Source of the DNA: Blastocatellia bacterium
GTDB lineage: Bacteria; Acidobacteriota; Blastocatellia; UBA7656
Assembly (NCBI GenBank): GCA_963765495.1
Contig: CAVXWP010000004.1
Location: 1 to 64,000 of the forward strand
Direction: 5' to 3'
DNA length: 64,000 bases
This document shows positions 23,652-34,086 of the stretch, one piece after another (positions within the stretch are counted from its first letter, which is position 1; every line of letters starts with the position of its first letter). The position numbers and the translations under genes are program-made. The notes below the pieces were generated by a model, which was given only the letters and a program-made list of their open reading frames with translations, did no database searches and had not been told where the DNA came from.

Positions 23652-23750
23652 TTATTTCCCGGAACTGGACTTATTCTTTTTTTCAAAGTACATCTTGATA
23701 CCCCCACCTATCATCAGCAGTATCCCTAAAATGAGCATTATTTGAAGCAT
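23652..23750 (-). CDS. 32-aa membrane peptide MLQIMLILGILLMIGGGIKMYFEKKNKSSSGK
   Basis: GAGGAG RBS; one hydrophobic helix plus Lys-rich tail; below the ORF-track cutoff. Confidence 0.55.
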   Translation of the reverse strand: MLQIMLILGILLMIGGGIKMYFEKKNKSSSGK

Positions 23751-24062
23751 CACCTATCTCCTCTCTCATAAGAATGTAAATTGGGTTTTGAAGATACTCA
23801 TCAAAACGCTGTCAGCATAGCGGAAAAGATAATACTTGTCACTTGATACTAAACAAAGCGAATCGGCTTTTTAGCGTAAGTTTGACAGGCAGGCTAACCG
23901 CTCATTTTAGCGGAGGCGCATTTCACCTTAGGGTTTGATTCTTCCTATCGCCATTCACTGATTCAGTATTGATAATCAGGGCTATGCCACGTAGAATCAC
24001 CTCTCTTTATTCTACTTTGTTATTGAACAACGAGTGCGGTTTGACGGTAGCTCTAACGATCT

Positions 24063-24467
24063 ATGCCCAAGGAATATATAAATCCAGATTCGCTCTTCAC
24101 CAGTCTGCCACATGGCTTTTCTCAGATCGTGTCTGCTAGTGGTAGAAAGACGATCTATATTTCAGGCCAAACTGCATGGGATGCTCAAAAGCAGATCATT
24201 GGCGGAGATAATCTGGCTCAACAGTCAAGACAAGCTTTCCTAAACGTTCAGGCGGCTGTTGAAGCAGCCGGGGGCACGCTTGCAGACGTGGTGAGTCTGC
24301 GGCTTTACATAGTGAATTACAGACCTGAGCAAGCTGAGACAATTGGAAATGCTTTGCGAGAATTTTTTCCCGAAGAGAAGCGTCCTGCCAGCACCTGGAT
24401 AGGGGTCTCGGCTCTGGCAGTGTCGGATTTCCTGATAGAAATTGAGGCAACAGCAGTTTTGGAATGA
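24063..24467 (+). CDS. RidA/YjgF family protein
   Basis: IYISGQ, RPASTWIGVSALA, LIEIEATA. Confidence 0.9.
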   Translation: MPKEYINPDSLFTSLPHGFSQIVSASGRKTIYISGQTAWDAQKQIIGGDNLAQQSRQAFLNVQAAVEAAGGTLADVVSLRLYIVNYRPEQAETIGNALREFFPEEKRPASTWIGVSALAVSDFLIEIEATAVLE

Positions 24468-24566
24468 TCGCCTTATCAAGGATTTGAGAGAATCACCGTT
24501 AGACCTTCTCAACAAAGGATATTTGGGCTTTTCAATAAAGTAAGATTATTATTCCCGTGGAGAATA

Positions 24567-25610
24567 ATGACAAATTCAACTTCAGAAAAACTCGTACTCG
24601 TAACAGGCGGGTCAGGGTTCGTTGGCTCTCACTGTATTTTGCAGCTTTTGAATAAAGGCTATCAAGCACGAACCACTCTTCGTTCTCTAAGCAGAAAAGA
24701 TGAAGTTATTAAAATGCTTAAGAATGGCGGGGCAGAATCGGTTGAAAATCTATCATTTATCGAAGCGGATTTATCCAAAGACGCCAATTGGGATGAAGCG
24801 GTCAAAGACTGCGAATATGTCTTACACGTTGCCTCGCCTATATCGTTAAAGATACCAAGAGATGAAAACGAAATGATCGTTCCTGCTGTAGAAGGAACGC
24901 TCCGCGTGCTGAGGGCTTCAAAAAATGCTGGCGTCAGACGAATAGTGATAACGTCATCATTTGGGGCGGTAGGATATAGTCACAAGGACACCGACACGTT
25001 GATTACAGAGGAAGATTGGACAGACCCTAATGACAAGACCCTTTCGGCTTATTTAAAATCCAAGACCCTGGCAGAAAAGGCAGCGTGGGATTTCATAAAA
25101 AAAGAAGGGGGAAACCTGGAACTCTCGGTTGTAAACCCCGTTGGTATTTTTGGTCCTTTACTTGGTCCGGATTTATCAGGTGGCCACGAGATATTAAAGC
25201 AACTGTTGGATGGGTCGATGAAGGCTATTCCCAAAATTAACTTTGGAATTGTTGACGTCCGGGATGTGGCTGATTTACATCTGCGGGCAATGACCAATTC
25301 AGCAGCCAAAGGGCAACGTTTCTTAGCATTGGCAGGTGGTATTGTATCCCTGCGCGATATCGCCTTAATGTTAAAGAGTAAAATGGGGAATGAGGCCCAA
25401 AATGTTACAACCAGGGTGTTGCCCGATTGGATAGTGCGTATAGCTGCATTATTCAATCCACTTGCAAAGAATATCGTTCCTCAATTAGGCAGAGTTAAAA
25501 ATGCAAGTAATGAAAAAGCAAAGAAAATATTAGGTTGGACCCCCCGACCGAATGAAGAAGCAATTATGGCATCGGTTGAAAGCATGGTGCGATTTGGGGT
25601 TATTAAATAA
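24567..25610 (+). CDS. NAD-dependent epimerase/aldehyde reductase (extended SDR)
   Basis: VTGGSGFVG, HVASP, YLKSK, VDVRDVA. Confidence 0.92.
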   Translation: MTNSTSEKLVLVTGGSGFVGSHCILQLLNKGYQARTTLRSLSRKDEVIKMLKNGGAESVENLSFIEADLSKDANWDEAVKDCEYVLHVASPISLKIPRDENEMIVPAVEGTLRVLRASKNAGVRRIVITSSFGAVGYSHKDTDTLITEEDWTDPNDKTLSAYLKSKTLAEKAAWDFIKKEGGNLELSVVNPVGIFGPLLGPDLSGGHEILKQLLDGSMKAIPKINFGIVDVRDVADLHLRAMTNSAAKGQRFLALAGGIVSLRDIALMLKSKMGNEAQNVTTRVLPDWIVRIAALFNPLAKNIVPQLGRVKNASNEKAKKILGWTPRPNEEAIMASVESMVRFGVIK

Positions 25611-25733
25611 TAGAAACACCAAATTTCTGAATCAACATAATGAACGTCCCGGCTCCACTTTGAATAGCGCTCAGATTACCAAGAAAATCTATCTCTACGG
25701 TCAGGCTAGCCAGCTATTTCAATGCCAAACTGT

Positions 25734-25816
25734 GCCTAACCGTTTATTTCAGCCGACGCGCATCCCACCCATACGTTACCTCCGGGTACAGGCGCGCCGC
25801 AGATCCCTCTTTTGGC
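25734..25816 (+). repeat. degenerate attC-like site
   Basis: GCCTAAC..TTCAGCCGACGCG...GCGCGCCGCAGAT..TTTGGC; similar to the site at 31014. Confidence 0.55.
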
Positions 25817-25875
25817 TTTAACTTGACGTTGGTCTTAATAAGAAGTAACTATTAGGAGAAGCGAGGATCAAACCT

Positions 25876-26559
25876 ATGCACTTTTTGAATTGGCCTCACT
25901 ATAATCTCTCATTTATCCGTCAACGCTATAATTCCATAGCTCCCTTTTTCCCATTATTTGAATGGCTCTTCTTGCTCCCTCCAGGTATTCGTTCAAAGGC
26001 AGTTGATTGTCTCAAACTCAGACCGGGCGATCGCGTCCTTGAAATCGGGTGCGGGACCGGAAGAAACCTTTCGCTGTTACAGCGCGCAGTTGGGCCGCTT
26101 GGCCACATTTATGGGGTTGATCTTTCTGAAGGAATGCTGTCGAAGGCCAGACAATTATGCCAGAGGCAAGGCTGGAGCAACGTCACATTAACGCAATGCG
26201 ATGCCGCTGACTATTCTCTACCCGAGGCTGTCGATGGTGTGATCTTCAGTCTTTCTTACGCAACGATGCCGCACCATCAAAGAGTGTTGCGCCAGAGTTG
26301 GAATCAGCTACAACAGGGAAAGTACCTCGTCATTATGGACTCGAAACTTCCAGACGGAGTACTCGGGAAGGCACTTCTGCCTTACGGCATTTGGATTATG
26401 AAACGGACGGTACTGGGGAATCCATACTTAAAACCCTGGGAAGAGCTTCATGAACTGACTGCTGATTTCGAGATGAGGGAATTGTTGTTTGGAGCTTATT
26501 ACATCTGTCAGGGGAGAAAACAGTCACAGTTAATAAAGGAGCGTTTCTTTTCAGAGTGA
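25876..26559 (+). CDS. class I SAM-dependent methyltransferase
   Basis: VLEIGCGTG, GVDLSEGML. Confidence 0.88.
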   Translation: MHFLNWPHYNLSFIRQRYNSIAPFFPLFEWLFLLPPGIRSKAVDCLKLRPGDRVLEIGCGTGRNLSLLQRAVGPLGHIYGVDLSEGMLSKARQLCQRQGWSNVTLTQCDAADYSLPEAVDGVIFSLSYATMPHHQRVLRQSWNQLQQGKYLVIMDSKLPDGVLGKALLPYGIWIMKRTVLGNPYLKPWEELHELTADFEMRELLFGAYYICQGRKQSQLIKERFFSE

Positions 26560-26631
26560 TGCCTGCTTTCAAGTTAAGCAAATTCTGGAATCAATCCCAC
26601 GCTAAAGTTTTATTGTTAGATTTAGAATTAT

Positions 26632-26775
26632 CAGCAATTCTCGGTTTAGAGGAAATCGCACCGGGATATACCACGAAACACACTAAATACACGAATAATT
26701 CTTCTATTTCGTGTGCTTCGTGTATTTCGTGGTTTACTTCTTGTTAAGACAGAATTTCTAAACCGAGAATTGCTG
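26632..26775. mobile_element. MITE-like element B, copy 2
   Basis: 144 bp; one substitution seen versus 17849-17992. Confidence 0.85.
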
Positions 26776-27140
26776 AAGACATATTTGAATATGTCGCCAA
26801 TTCTCTGTAGGATCAGATTCTTCCTGGGATTTATTTTGCAAAATCACTTTGGTAAAACGAGAGCCTGACGCAGCCATCTTTATCCTGCTGCTACCAACGC
26901 GCCGATGAACCAGTTGTAGGTTTTACAATTTCTTGCAATTCTTATGGGTCTTGATTTAGCTCACAGAAGAAATCGAGCGTTAGCCCCACTTTTCAAGTGC
27001 CTAAAAACTACAGGAAGATGGGAAACCGAGTTGACTGAAATGGGTCTGATCGCGATAACTTAGACCGCAAACCGTGACAACGAAGCGATGGGGCTCGATA
27101 ATCAATTGACACACTTGATACAGGAATCTATCCTCCTCGC

Positions 27141-27548
27141 ATGATCCACATAAGAGAGATTGATCATATCGTCCTTCGTGTTTCCAGCCTTCACAAGATG
27201 CTATGGTTTTATTGTGATTTACTGGGTTGTTCCGTTGAACGACAACAAGAGGAACTTGGGCTGACGCAGCTTCGCGCCGGTCGATCATTAATCGATTTAG
27301 TGACCGTAGACGGCAAATTGGGGCGTGAGGGAGGAGCATCACCTGAACGTGAAGGACGGAATATGGATCACTTATGTTTACGGGTCGACCCATTTGACGC
27401 AGAGAGAATCAGGTCTCATTTGAAGCGGCATGGTATAGAGACAGGAGATGTCGCTTCGCGCTACGGCGCAGAGGGAGAAGGCCCTTCAATTTACATAGAA
27501 GACCCGGAAGGTAATACGGTTGAATTGAAAGGCGCTCCGTGGGACTAA
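27141..27548 (+). CDS. VOC/glyoxalase family protein
   Basis: IDHIVLRV, FYCDLLG, DHLCL, DPEGNTVELK. Confidence 0.9.
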   Translation: MIHIREIDHIVLRVSSLHKMLWFYCDLLGCSVERQQEELGLTQLRAGRSLIDLVTVDGKLGREGGASPEREGRNMDHLCLRVDPFDAERIRSHLKRHGIETGDVASRYGAEGEGPSIYIEDPEGNTVELKGAPWD

Positions 27549-27958
27549 ACCCTCGAAGTGTGCCTGCTGAATTCGACCGCCCGGTCGATAAACCCATGTG
27601 CTCCATTTTTCTACCCGGTAAGGCTTGATGCCTACATAAAAGAGATCGTTTTCAACACAGTCTCTCGAGGGATGGCGCTCAAGCAGGGCTATCTAACTCT
27701 CCGGAAATTCCAGGCGTACGCGAGCCTTCTTTAGGGACATATAGTTCTCAGATTGAGCTTGCCGATATTGTAGAAACTCACTGATTGGCTGGTGAAAAAA
27801 TTATTCCTACGCGAGCGTACGCGGGCGGCATTGCGAGAAATTGGCTCAGGTATAGTTCGGGGGCGAAACAACTCAAATCACTTTTTTGCATCCAAGTGAC
27901 CGCCGCTTTTTCATCGAGCACCGGCAGGCGGAAATCTCTCACTCCGGATGGTGTCTAA

Positions 27959-28701
27959 ATGCTAAACTCGCTCAAGAACTGGTATGCCTATTTTACTCAA
28001 AATTGCTCGAACACAATCGATTTACCCTGGGACCTCCCGGATACGCTGACAGATGAAGAGAGGGACTGCATACGGGACTCTATCGCTGCATTCCAGCTTG
28101 GTGAATACTCTGAGGGGAAAGGTCTTCTCAGGTCTGCCGAGGAGCATGCCCTAAAGCAGAAGGATGAATATTTAGTCCCAATAACCAGACTGTTTATTGC
28201 CGAAGAGCAGAACCACGCTCTGCTTCTGAGAAGGTTTATGCTTCTTCACAATATCAACCTTATCAGCGGTAACTGGACCGATACAGTTTTTAGAAGGCTG
28301 AGAAACATGTTCGCTTCGAGCTGTCAATCGCGGTTTTGATCACTGCCGAGATCATCTCTCTGGTCTATTACAAAGCTTTGAAAGCGGCTACGAACTCAAA
28401 TCTGCTCAAGAAAATCTGCGAGAAGATTCTTGCAGATGAAGAAGCACATGTAAGGTATGAATCAGAATTGATCAAGCGTATGCAGGCGCAAAAGCCGATC
28501 CTCATCAGGCGGTTCGTTCCCTTCCTGCATCAGTTTCTATTCTCCGGGACCGTCCTGGTAGTCTATTTGAGTCACAGAAAAGTGCTGGCAAGAGGGGGCT
28601 ACAGCTTCTCTCGTTATTGGTTTGCTTGTTGGTTTGAATTCTCAATATTATTCAACCCCCAAACAATAGTTCCCGCACAAGCAGATTACTCGGGCTCATA
28701 A
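27959..28701 (+). pseudogene. ferritin-like domain protein, frameshifted near 28305
   Basis: FQLGE, EEQNH in the first frame; TAE, DEEAH in the second; adding one A restores RKHVRFELSIAVLITAE. Confidence 0.75.
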
Positions 28702-28928
28702 TGGAGATATAAAGAGCAGGCCAGGTGCGCCGCTTAAAGCGCGGGTTGGCATAAAAATCTCGTTGCAGTGGTCATCTCGGTCTGCCATTATTGTCTGTCA
28801 TCGAGCCTCAATTGACTCAGAGTTTCATATTGAATTGACTGAGTGCCTGCACTGGGATTAGCATTTTGCCTGTGCGGTAAGCGCGCAACGGAAGATTGCC
28901 GGGACATTATAGACAGGAGAAAGGAACT

Positions 28929-29297
28929 ATGAAGAAAAGATTGATCTACATTCTCTTCGCAATCCTTGTTATTGGCGGGACCTTCGCATCAAAGGCAGAT
29001 GATTCGAAGCAGGTTACAGTCACAGGCGAAGTCATCGATCAGGTCTGCTTTGCAAACAAAGACGGCGCACGCGGCGAAGAACACAAGGGTTGCGCGTTGG
29101 CTTGCGCCAAGCGCGGTAATCAGATGGCTATCATTGATGACTCGAATGAGGTCTATTTGATCTCAGGCGACTATGCTGCGAACAAGAATGAAAAGCTGAT
29201 CCCCTACGTCGCCGAGAAGGTAGAAGTCAGTGGAACCCTGACTGAAAAAGAGGGTAAGAAGTGGTTGAGTATTACTTCGATCAAGAAGGCTGAATAA
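28929..29297 (+). CDS. secreted OB-fold-like hypothetical protein
   Basis: Signal peptide; VTGEVIDQVC..CALACAKRG..VEVSG. Confidence 0.8.
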   Translation: MKKRLIYILFAILVIGGTFASKADDSKQVTVTGEVIDQVCFANKDGARGEEHKGCALACAKRGNQMAIIDDSNEVYLISGDYAANKNEKLIPYVAEKVEVSGTLTEKEGKKWLSITSIKKAE

Positions 29298-29361
29298 GCG
29301 TTCTTGAACTGAATTACGAAATGCAACTTTGCGCCTGGCGATTGACAGGCAGGCTGTTATA

Positions 29362-29405
29362 GCATCCTGGCTCCTTCGATAATTATACCGAAGGAGCCAG
29401 GATGC
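29362..29405. terminator. 17-bp perfect hairpin
   Basis: GCATCCTGGCTCCTTCG / CGAAGGAGCCAGGATGC. Confidence 0.6.
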
Positions 29406-29849
29406 CTTATCATTTGTTTACCCACAAACAGCGACACCCGATTCACACCTTTAGAAAACCTCTCGCCGACATTCAGATTTTGTTGCCCGGGAGATTGTTT
29501 GCGAGAATGGACCATTATTGCTCAGGTCCGCTTAACCTCCCACTTGAACGGGCTCGAATTCCACAGATTCTTTACCAGGTTTAAGACAACGCCGCTGAAA
29601 TGAACATTAGCCAAGTTTGACGGCGCTGCTTGTTGTGTTGTATTTCTCTCCTCATTCGATTCTGCAAAACTCAGATTTGAAGGCTATAAATCTTCAAGAG
29701 AGTTCTTCTTTCTTCACTTCTGGTCGTAATCTCTTGCGCTCCTTCGTCAGGTGCGCCGCTGAATTCGGCGTTTGGCTTGCACAATCAACTCTTGAACCTC
29801 TATCCTCTCTCTTGTAAAGAAGCTATATTTTTTTATAAGGAGAATTTCT

Positions 29850-30083
29850 ATGGGATGGAACGACGAAGAGGATGACAGAATCTATAAGGTCGTTATTAAT
29901 CACGAAGAACAATACTCTATTTGGCCTGCTGATCGAGAAAACCCTCTTGGATGGAACGATGTGGGAAAGTCTGGAACAAAACAAGAATGCCTCAATTACA
30001 TCGAAGAGGTCTGGACCGATATGAGACCTCTTAGCTTAAGAAAGAAAATGGAAGAGATGGAAAGAGAGCGAGAAAATAACTAG
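29850..30083 (+). CDS. MbtH-like protein
   Basis: [34 protein letters not shown]; AGGAG RBS. Confidence 0.95.
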   Translation: MGWNDEEDDRIYKVVINHEEQYSIWPADRENPLGWNDVGKSGTKQECLNYIEEVWTDMRPLSLRKKMEEMERERENN

Positions 30084-30285
30084 AGTGTTATTGAATCAAT
30101 CGTTTGGTGTTATCAAGGCTGCCCCTCTTGCCAATTACAATTTAAACTCGCTTGTCAGGTCAGATCGAATTGATTTACTCAATCAGGGTTTTGGATTTGG
30201 CCCCCTTGTCGCGATAGATATTCTGGCGCAATGGCCTGCTTGCAAATCAATGAAAGATACTGAGATAAGCTCAACTCAGAAATGA

Positions 30286-30370
30286 GCATAACTGCTCATT
30301 TCAGCGAACGCGCATGCCAACTCCTGGTGTTCAATCAGCTACCAGCACGCCGCTAAAATAGGCATTGGGC
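30286..30370 (+). repeat. attC-like site
   Basis: GCATAAC..TTCAGCGAACGCG...CACGCCGCTAAA ATAGGC ATTGGGC, 85 bp. Confidence 0.65.
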
Positions 30371-30545
30371 TCCTTTCTTTGACTCCCCAAACCTGATGGC
30401 GAGAATCCAAAGAGAGTAAATTCTTTTACCCTGATTTCTTAGTCTTTATGGATTCCCGCATAAAGTTTTCGTAGAATTTTATACCTCTCGTATTTCTATC
30501 CGGGTAGAAAGCTTGAGATCAGTTTTTCGAAGAATGGAGTCCTTA

Positions 30546-31001
30546 ATGGAGATAAAAGTTGATGATTTATCTGGCCCAGAAGTGGCTGATTTGTTGATGC
30601 AACATCTTACCGAGATGGCATTACATTCTCCACCTGAAAGTATTCACGCACTAGATATTGAGGCTTTGCGAAAATCAGAAATTACATTCTGGAGTGTGTG
30701 GGACGGAAATGAGCTAATTGGCTGTGGGGCGCTTAAAGAACTCGATGCTCAACATGCAGAGATCAAATCTATGAGGACTGCTCCGCCTTACCGAAAAAGA
30801 GGAGTTGCGACCTTACTGCTTCGACATATACTTGAAGAAGCTAGGAATCGGGGCTATCGGCGGCTAAGCCTGGAAACGGGGTCAATGGATGCTTTCGATC
30901 CAGCCAGAAGGCTTTATTCCAGTTTCGGGTTTATCTATTGTGATCCGTTTGCAGATTACATTGAAGACCCAAATAGTGTATTTATGACAAGAGAACTATG
31001 A
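30546..31001 (+). CDS. GNAT acetyltransferase (YedL/YsnE-like)
   Basis: SPPESIHALD, EIKSMRT, LSLETG, DPNSVFM. Confidence 0.92.
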   Translation: MEIKVDDLSGPEVADLLMQHLTEMALHSPPESIHALDIEALRKSEITFWSVWDGNELIGCGALKELDAQHAEIKSMRTAPPYRKRGVATLLLRHILEEARNRGYRRLSLETGSMDAFDPARRLYSSFGFIYCDPFADYIEDPNSVFMTREL

Positions 31002-31013
31002 ACTCAAGGGTCA

Positions 31014-31098
31014 GCCTAACTATTCATTCCAGCGGATGCGCTTCCCAACGATTCATTATCTCTCGGCTACCGGCGCGCCGCTGAATTCGGCGTTACAT
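31014..31098 (+). repeat. integron attC site (best preserved)
   Basis: R'' GCCTAAC, L'' TCCAGCGG, L' CCGCTGAA, R' GTTACAT; 85 bp, just after a stop codon. Confidence 0.8.
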
Positions 31099-31133
31099 GG
31101 CTATTAGCAAAGCACCTTTGTAAACTCATATTT

Positions 31134-32141
31134 ATGAACCTGAAATATCAAACAATCTCTTTGCTCCTCATTCTTGTTTATATGGGATCAAGCGTCATTG
31201 CTCCTGGATATGGAGTTGAAGCGGATTTCGCCCCGGGTAAAATTGCCAATTCTATTCCATTTGATCTGGGTTCCAATCTCATCTTTTTGCCGGTCAGTGT
31301 GAATGGTTCCAAGCCTTTGTCGTTTATTCTCGATACAGGCTCCTACTCTATGATTAGCACTGGCCAGGCGAAGTCAACAGGCTTGGAGATCCAACTGGTA
31401 GGCACAACTGATGGCATAGGAGATAACCAACAAAATGTTTATCTCGTCACTGGTAAGACACTATATGGTCCGCCCGGAGCCGTTTTGATGAATCAAAGAC
31501 TATTATCTGTTCCGCTCGCACAGGTAGAGGACTGTTTCAACAAAGTCACCGCAGATGAACCGGGCCGCGAAGAGGCCGAATCGCGGGAAAATAAAACAAA
31601 GAAGCGGCGGGCGATTGACGGAATACTTGGCAAGGAGTTTTTTAATAGCTTTGTAGTTGAAATAGATTATAAGTCTCAGATCATCAACGTGTATGACCCG
31701 GCTACTTACAACTATAAGGGCACGGGCGAGCATTTTAAGATTGAAATCGCTCCTCAACACATATTTGTGCGGGCCAAGATAAAGGCACCGGGACGTGTTG
31801 CGGTCGAGGGCCGATTTCAAGTGGATACAGGATATGCAACCGAAATGTGTCTTACCAAAGAGTTTGTTGATGAATATAGGCTCTTACCTCCGGTCGAACA
31901 ACTTAAACGCAGCCCGACTTGCGGACTGGCAGGATTGGTGAAAGATCAGTCGTGGGTGGGCAATTTGGAAAGACTGGAATTGGGCAGCTTCAGGATTGAG
32001 AATCCGCTGACAGAGTTCTCGCAGGCGCATTTCAATCAAGAGTTTGACGGATCTATAGGAGACGCAACGCTGAAGAAATTCAAAGTGATCTTCGATTATT
32101 CACACAGAGAGATGATTCTTGAGGCAAGCCCGAGAAAATAA
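31134..32141 (+). CDS. secreted two-domain retropepsin-like aspartyl protease
   Basis: FILDTGS and VDTGY, DGILG and DGSIG motifs. Confidence 0.85.
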   Translation: MNLKYQTISLLLILVYMGSSVIAPGYGVEADFAPGKIANSIPFDLGSNLIFLPVSVNGSKPLSFILDTGSYSMISTGQAKSTGLEIQLVGTTDGIGDNQQNVYLVTGKTLYGPPGAVLMNQRLLSVPLAQVEDCFNKVTADEPGREEAESRENKTKKRRAIDGILGKEFFNSFVVEIDYKSQIINVYDPATYNYKGTGEHFKIEIAPQHIFVRAKIKAPGRVAVEGRFQVDTGYATEMCLTKEFVDEYRLLPPVEQLKRSPTCGLAGLVKDQSWVGNLERLELGSFRIENPLTEFSQAHFNQEFDGSIGDATLKKFKVIFDYSHREMILEASPRK

Positions 32142-32158
32142 TAAGGAAGATTTGCAGC

Positions 32159-33603
32159 ATGACCATACTCCAAATTCGCCAGGACGCTCCGAAGGATGCT
32201 CACTACCCCGTCCGCCTCACTTTGAAGCGGCACGGTCAACCGGCCCTGGAAGCCGAGGCAAACATCGAGTTCGCCCTCACAGTCCAGGAGCAGGAAGACA
32301 TCCGCTGGTATCTCGAAGATTACCTACAGAACGCCGACGTGGTCGAAGCCGTCACCGTTGAGCAAGTCGAGGAGCAAATGAAGGCACGCGGCGAAGAGCT
32401 TTACACAAAGGTCCTCGCCGCCAACGGCGACACGCAGGCTCTCTGGTTTTCTATCCGCAATGACCTCGCCGACCTGCTCAACCAGATCGGCCAGCCCTTC
32501 TCGCCGCTGCTCGCGGCGCAGGGAATCGACTGGAGCGCGATCAATGACCAAGAAGAACGCAGGCATCTCGTCTTCCAAATCCTCCGCCAATTCCCCGTCC
32601 TCTGGATATGGGACAACGTCGAGCCGGTCGCCGGATTCCCGGAAGGCACAGAGTCGCAATGGACCGCCGCCGAGCAGCAGGATCTCCGCGACTTCCTCCA
32701 ACAGATCAACCTCGACACTGCCAGTAAGGTGAAGATCCTGCTCACCTCCCGCCGGGACGAGGCGAAGTGGCTCGGCGGCATCCCGCATCGCATTGCAATG
32801 CTCCGCATGAGTAACTCCGACGCCGCCAAGCTCGCCCTCAAGCTAGGCGAAGAGAAGAAGCTCAAGCGCTCAGAGATCGCCGACTGGCAGCCGCTGCTCG
32901 ACTACTGCGGAGGAAATCCGCTGACGCTGCGTGTGCTCGTAGGGCAGGCGGTCAAAGCGGGTCTTCGCGGAAGAGAACAAATTACGGAATTCGTGGAAGC
33001 CATACTTACAAGAATATCACTGCCATCCGCGATCTCGATGCCGCAGAGGCGGCCTACCAGCGCAGCCTGGATTTGCGCAATCCAGACGACGCCCTTGGCC
33101 GCTCCAGGTGCATCCAGCAAATCGGGATGGTGCATTACGAGCGCTTCCGCGAGGCACGTCAACGCAAAGTGCCAGTGGAAACCTTGCTTCGTCACTTCCA
33201 GGCGGCGGAAGCAAGTTACCTTGAGGGGCTGCGACTGTGTCCAAATGACGCCTTAGCTGACCTCTCGCCGCTGCACAACGGGTTGGGCGCTCTCTATGCC
33301 GAAGTTGGACAACTGGACAAGGCCCGCGAGCATTTCGAGCAAGCCGCACTTTATTTTGAAAAGGCCGGAAACCATTTCAATGCTGGCCATACACGCTTCA
33401 ACATGGCCGTCATGTATGCTCGGGCGGCAGGAAGGGATGACCAGCCGTCCCAGCAGCGCGCCGGTCTGCTTCGTGCGCGGGCTTATGCAGATGCCGCCTT
33501 GCGCGACTTCCAGCATTACCAGGGTCGCGCTGCCGCACTCGAGGCTAAAGCCCAGGGTCTCCTCGACAAAATCAACCAGGATCTCGCGAAACTGCCACAA
33601 TAA
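32159..33603 (+). pseudogene. internally deleted CHAT/NTPase/TPR protein
   Basis: DIRWYLEDY N-terminus joined to LWIWDNVE/LLTSRR/GNPL NTPase pieces; frameshift near 33000 into a TPR C-terminus. Confidence 0.7.
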
Positions 33604-33789
33604 GCGCCGACTGCGCAAGTGGAGAGTCGCCTGTGGCGATGGCACCGCTTCCTTGTTATCCCTTTGACCACAGCGAGCCGCTGATGCTTGCGTTAGGCTT
33701 CCGCGAGGGCTCCGAAAACCCTTGAGTTGATAATTCAGAGGTTGACCTGATTTCCATATGATTGACCGATTCAAATTGAGCATCCATCC

Positions 33790-33870
33790 TACTTTTTACA
33801 TGTCCAGGTATGAGGTGACGGTAGCGCAATGGAGGGTGGTTACAAAGTTACCCAAGATTGACGGTGACTT
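33790..33870 (+). pseudogene. fragment of FGE-sulfatase (SUMF1) domain
   Basis: FYMSRYEVTVAQWRVV motif only, after a GTTAGGC attC end at 33692. Confidence 0.45.
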
Positions 33871-34086
33871 GACTTCTGACACAGGAAAAGTCTATAGAAG
33901 CTCCTGTGTCGCCGCTCAGATCTATGACCTGACCTTGTGGAACTCTATCTCCCGCCGCGACTATCGCCCCGTTTTTCGTGGGATGAGTATACTGAGCAAC
34001 CGTACCATCATCACTTCAAAATGATAGCTGTACTCCCGATTTTGATTCGTCGTCCGTCAAGGAAAGGTAGAGAATCTCACTTTGTT

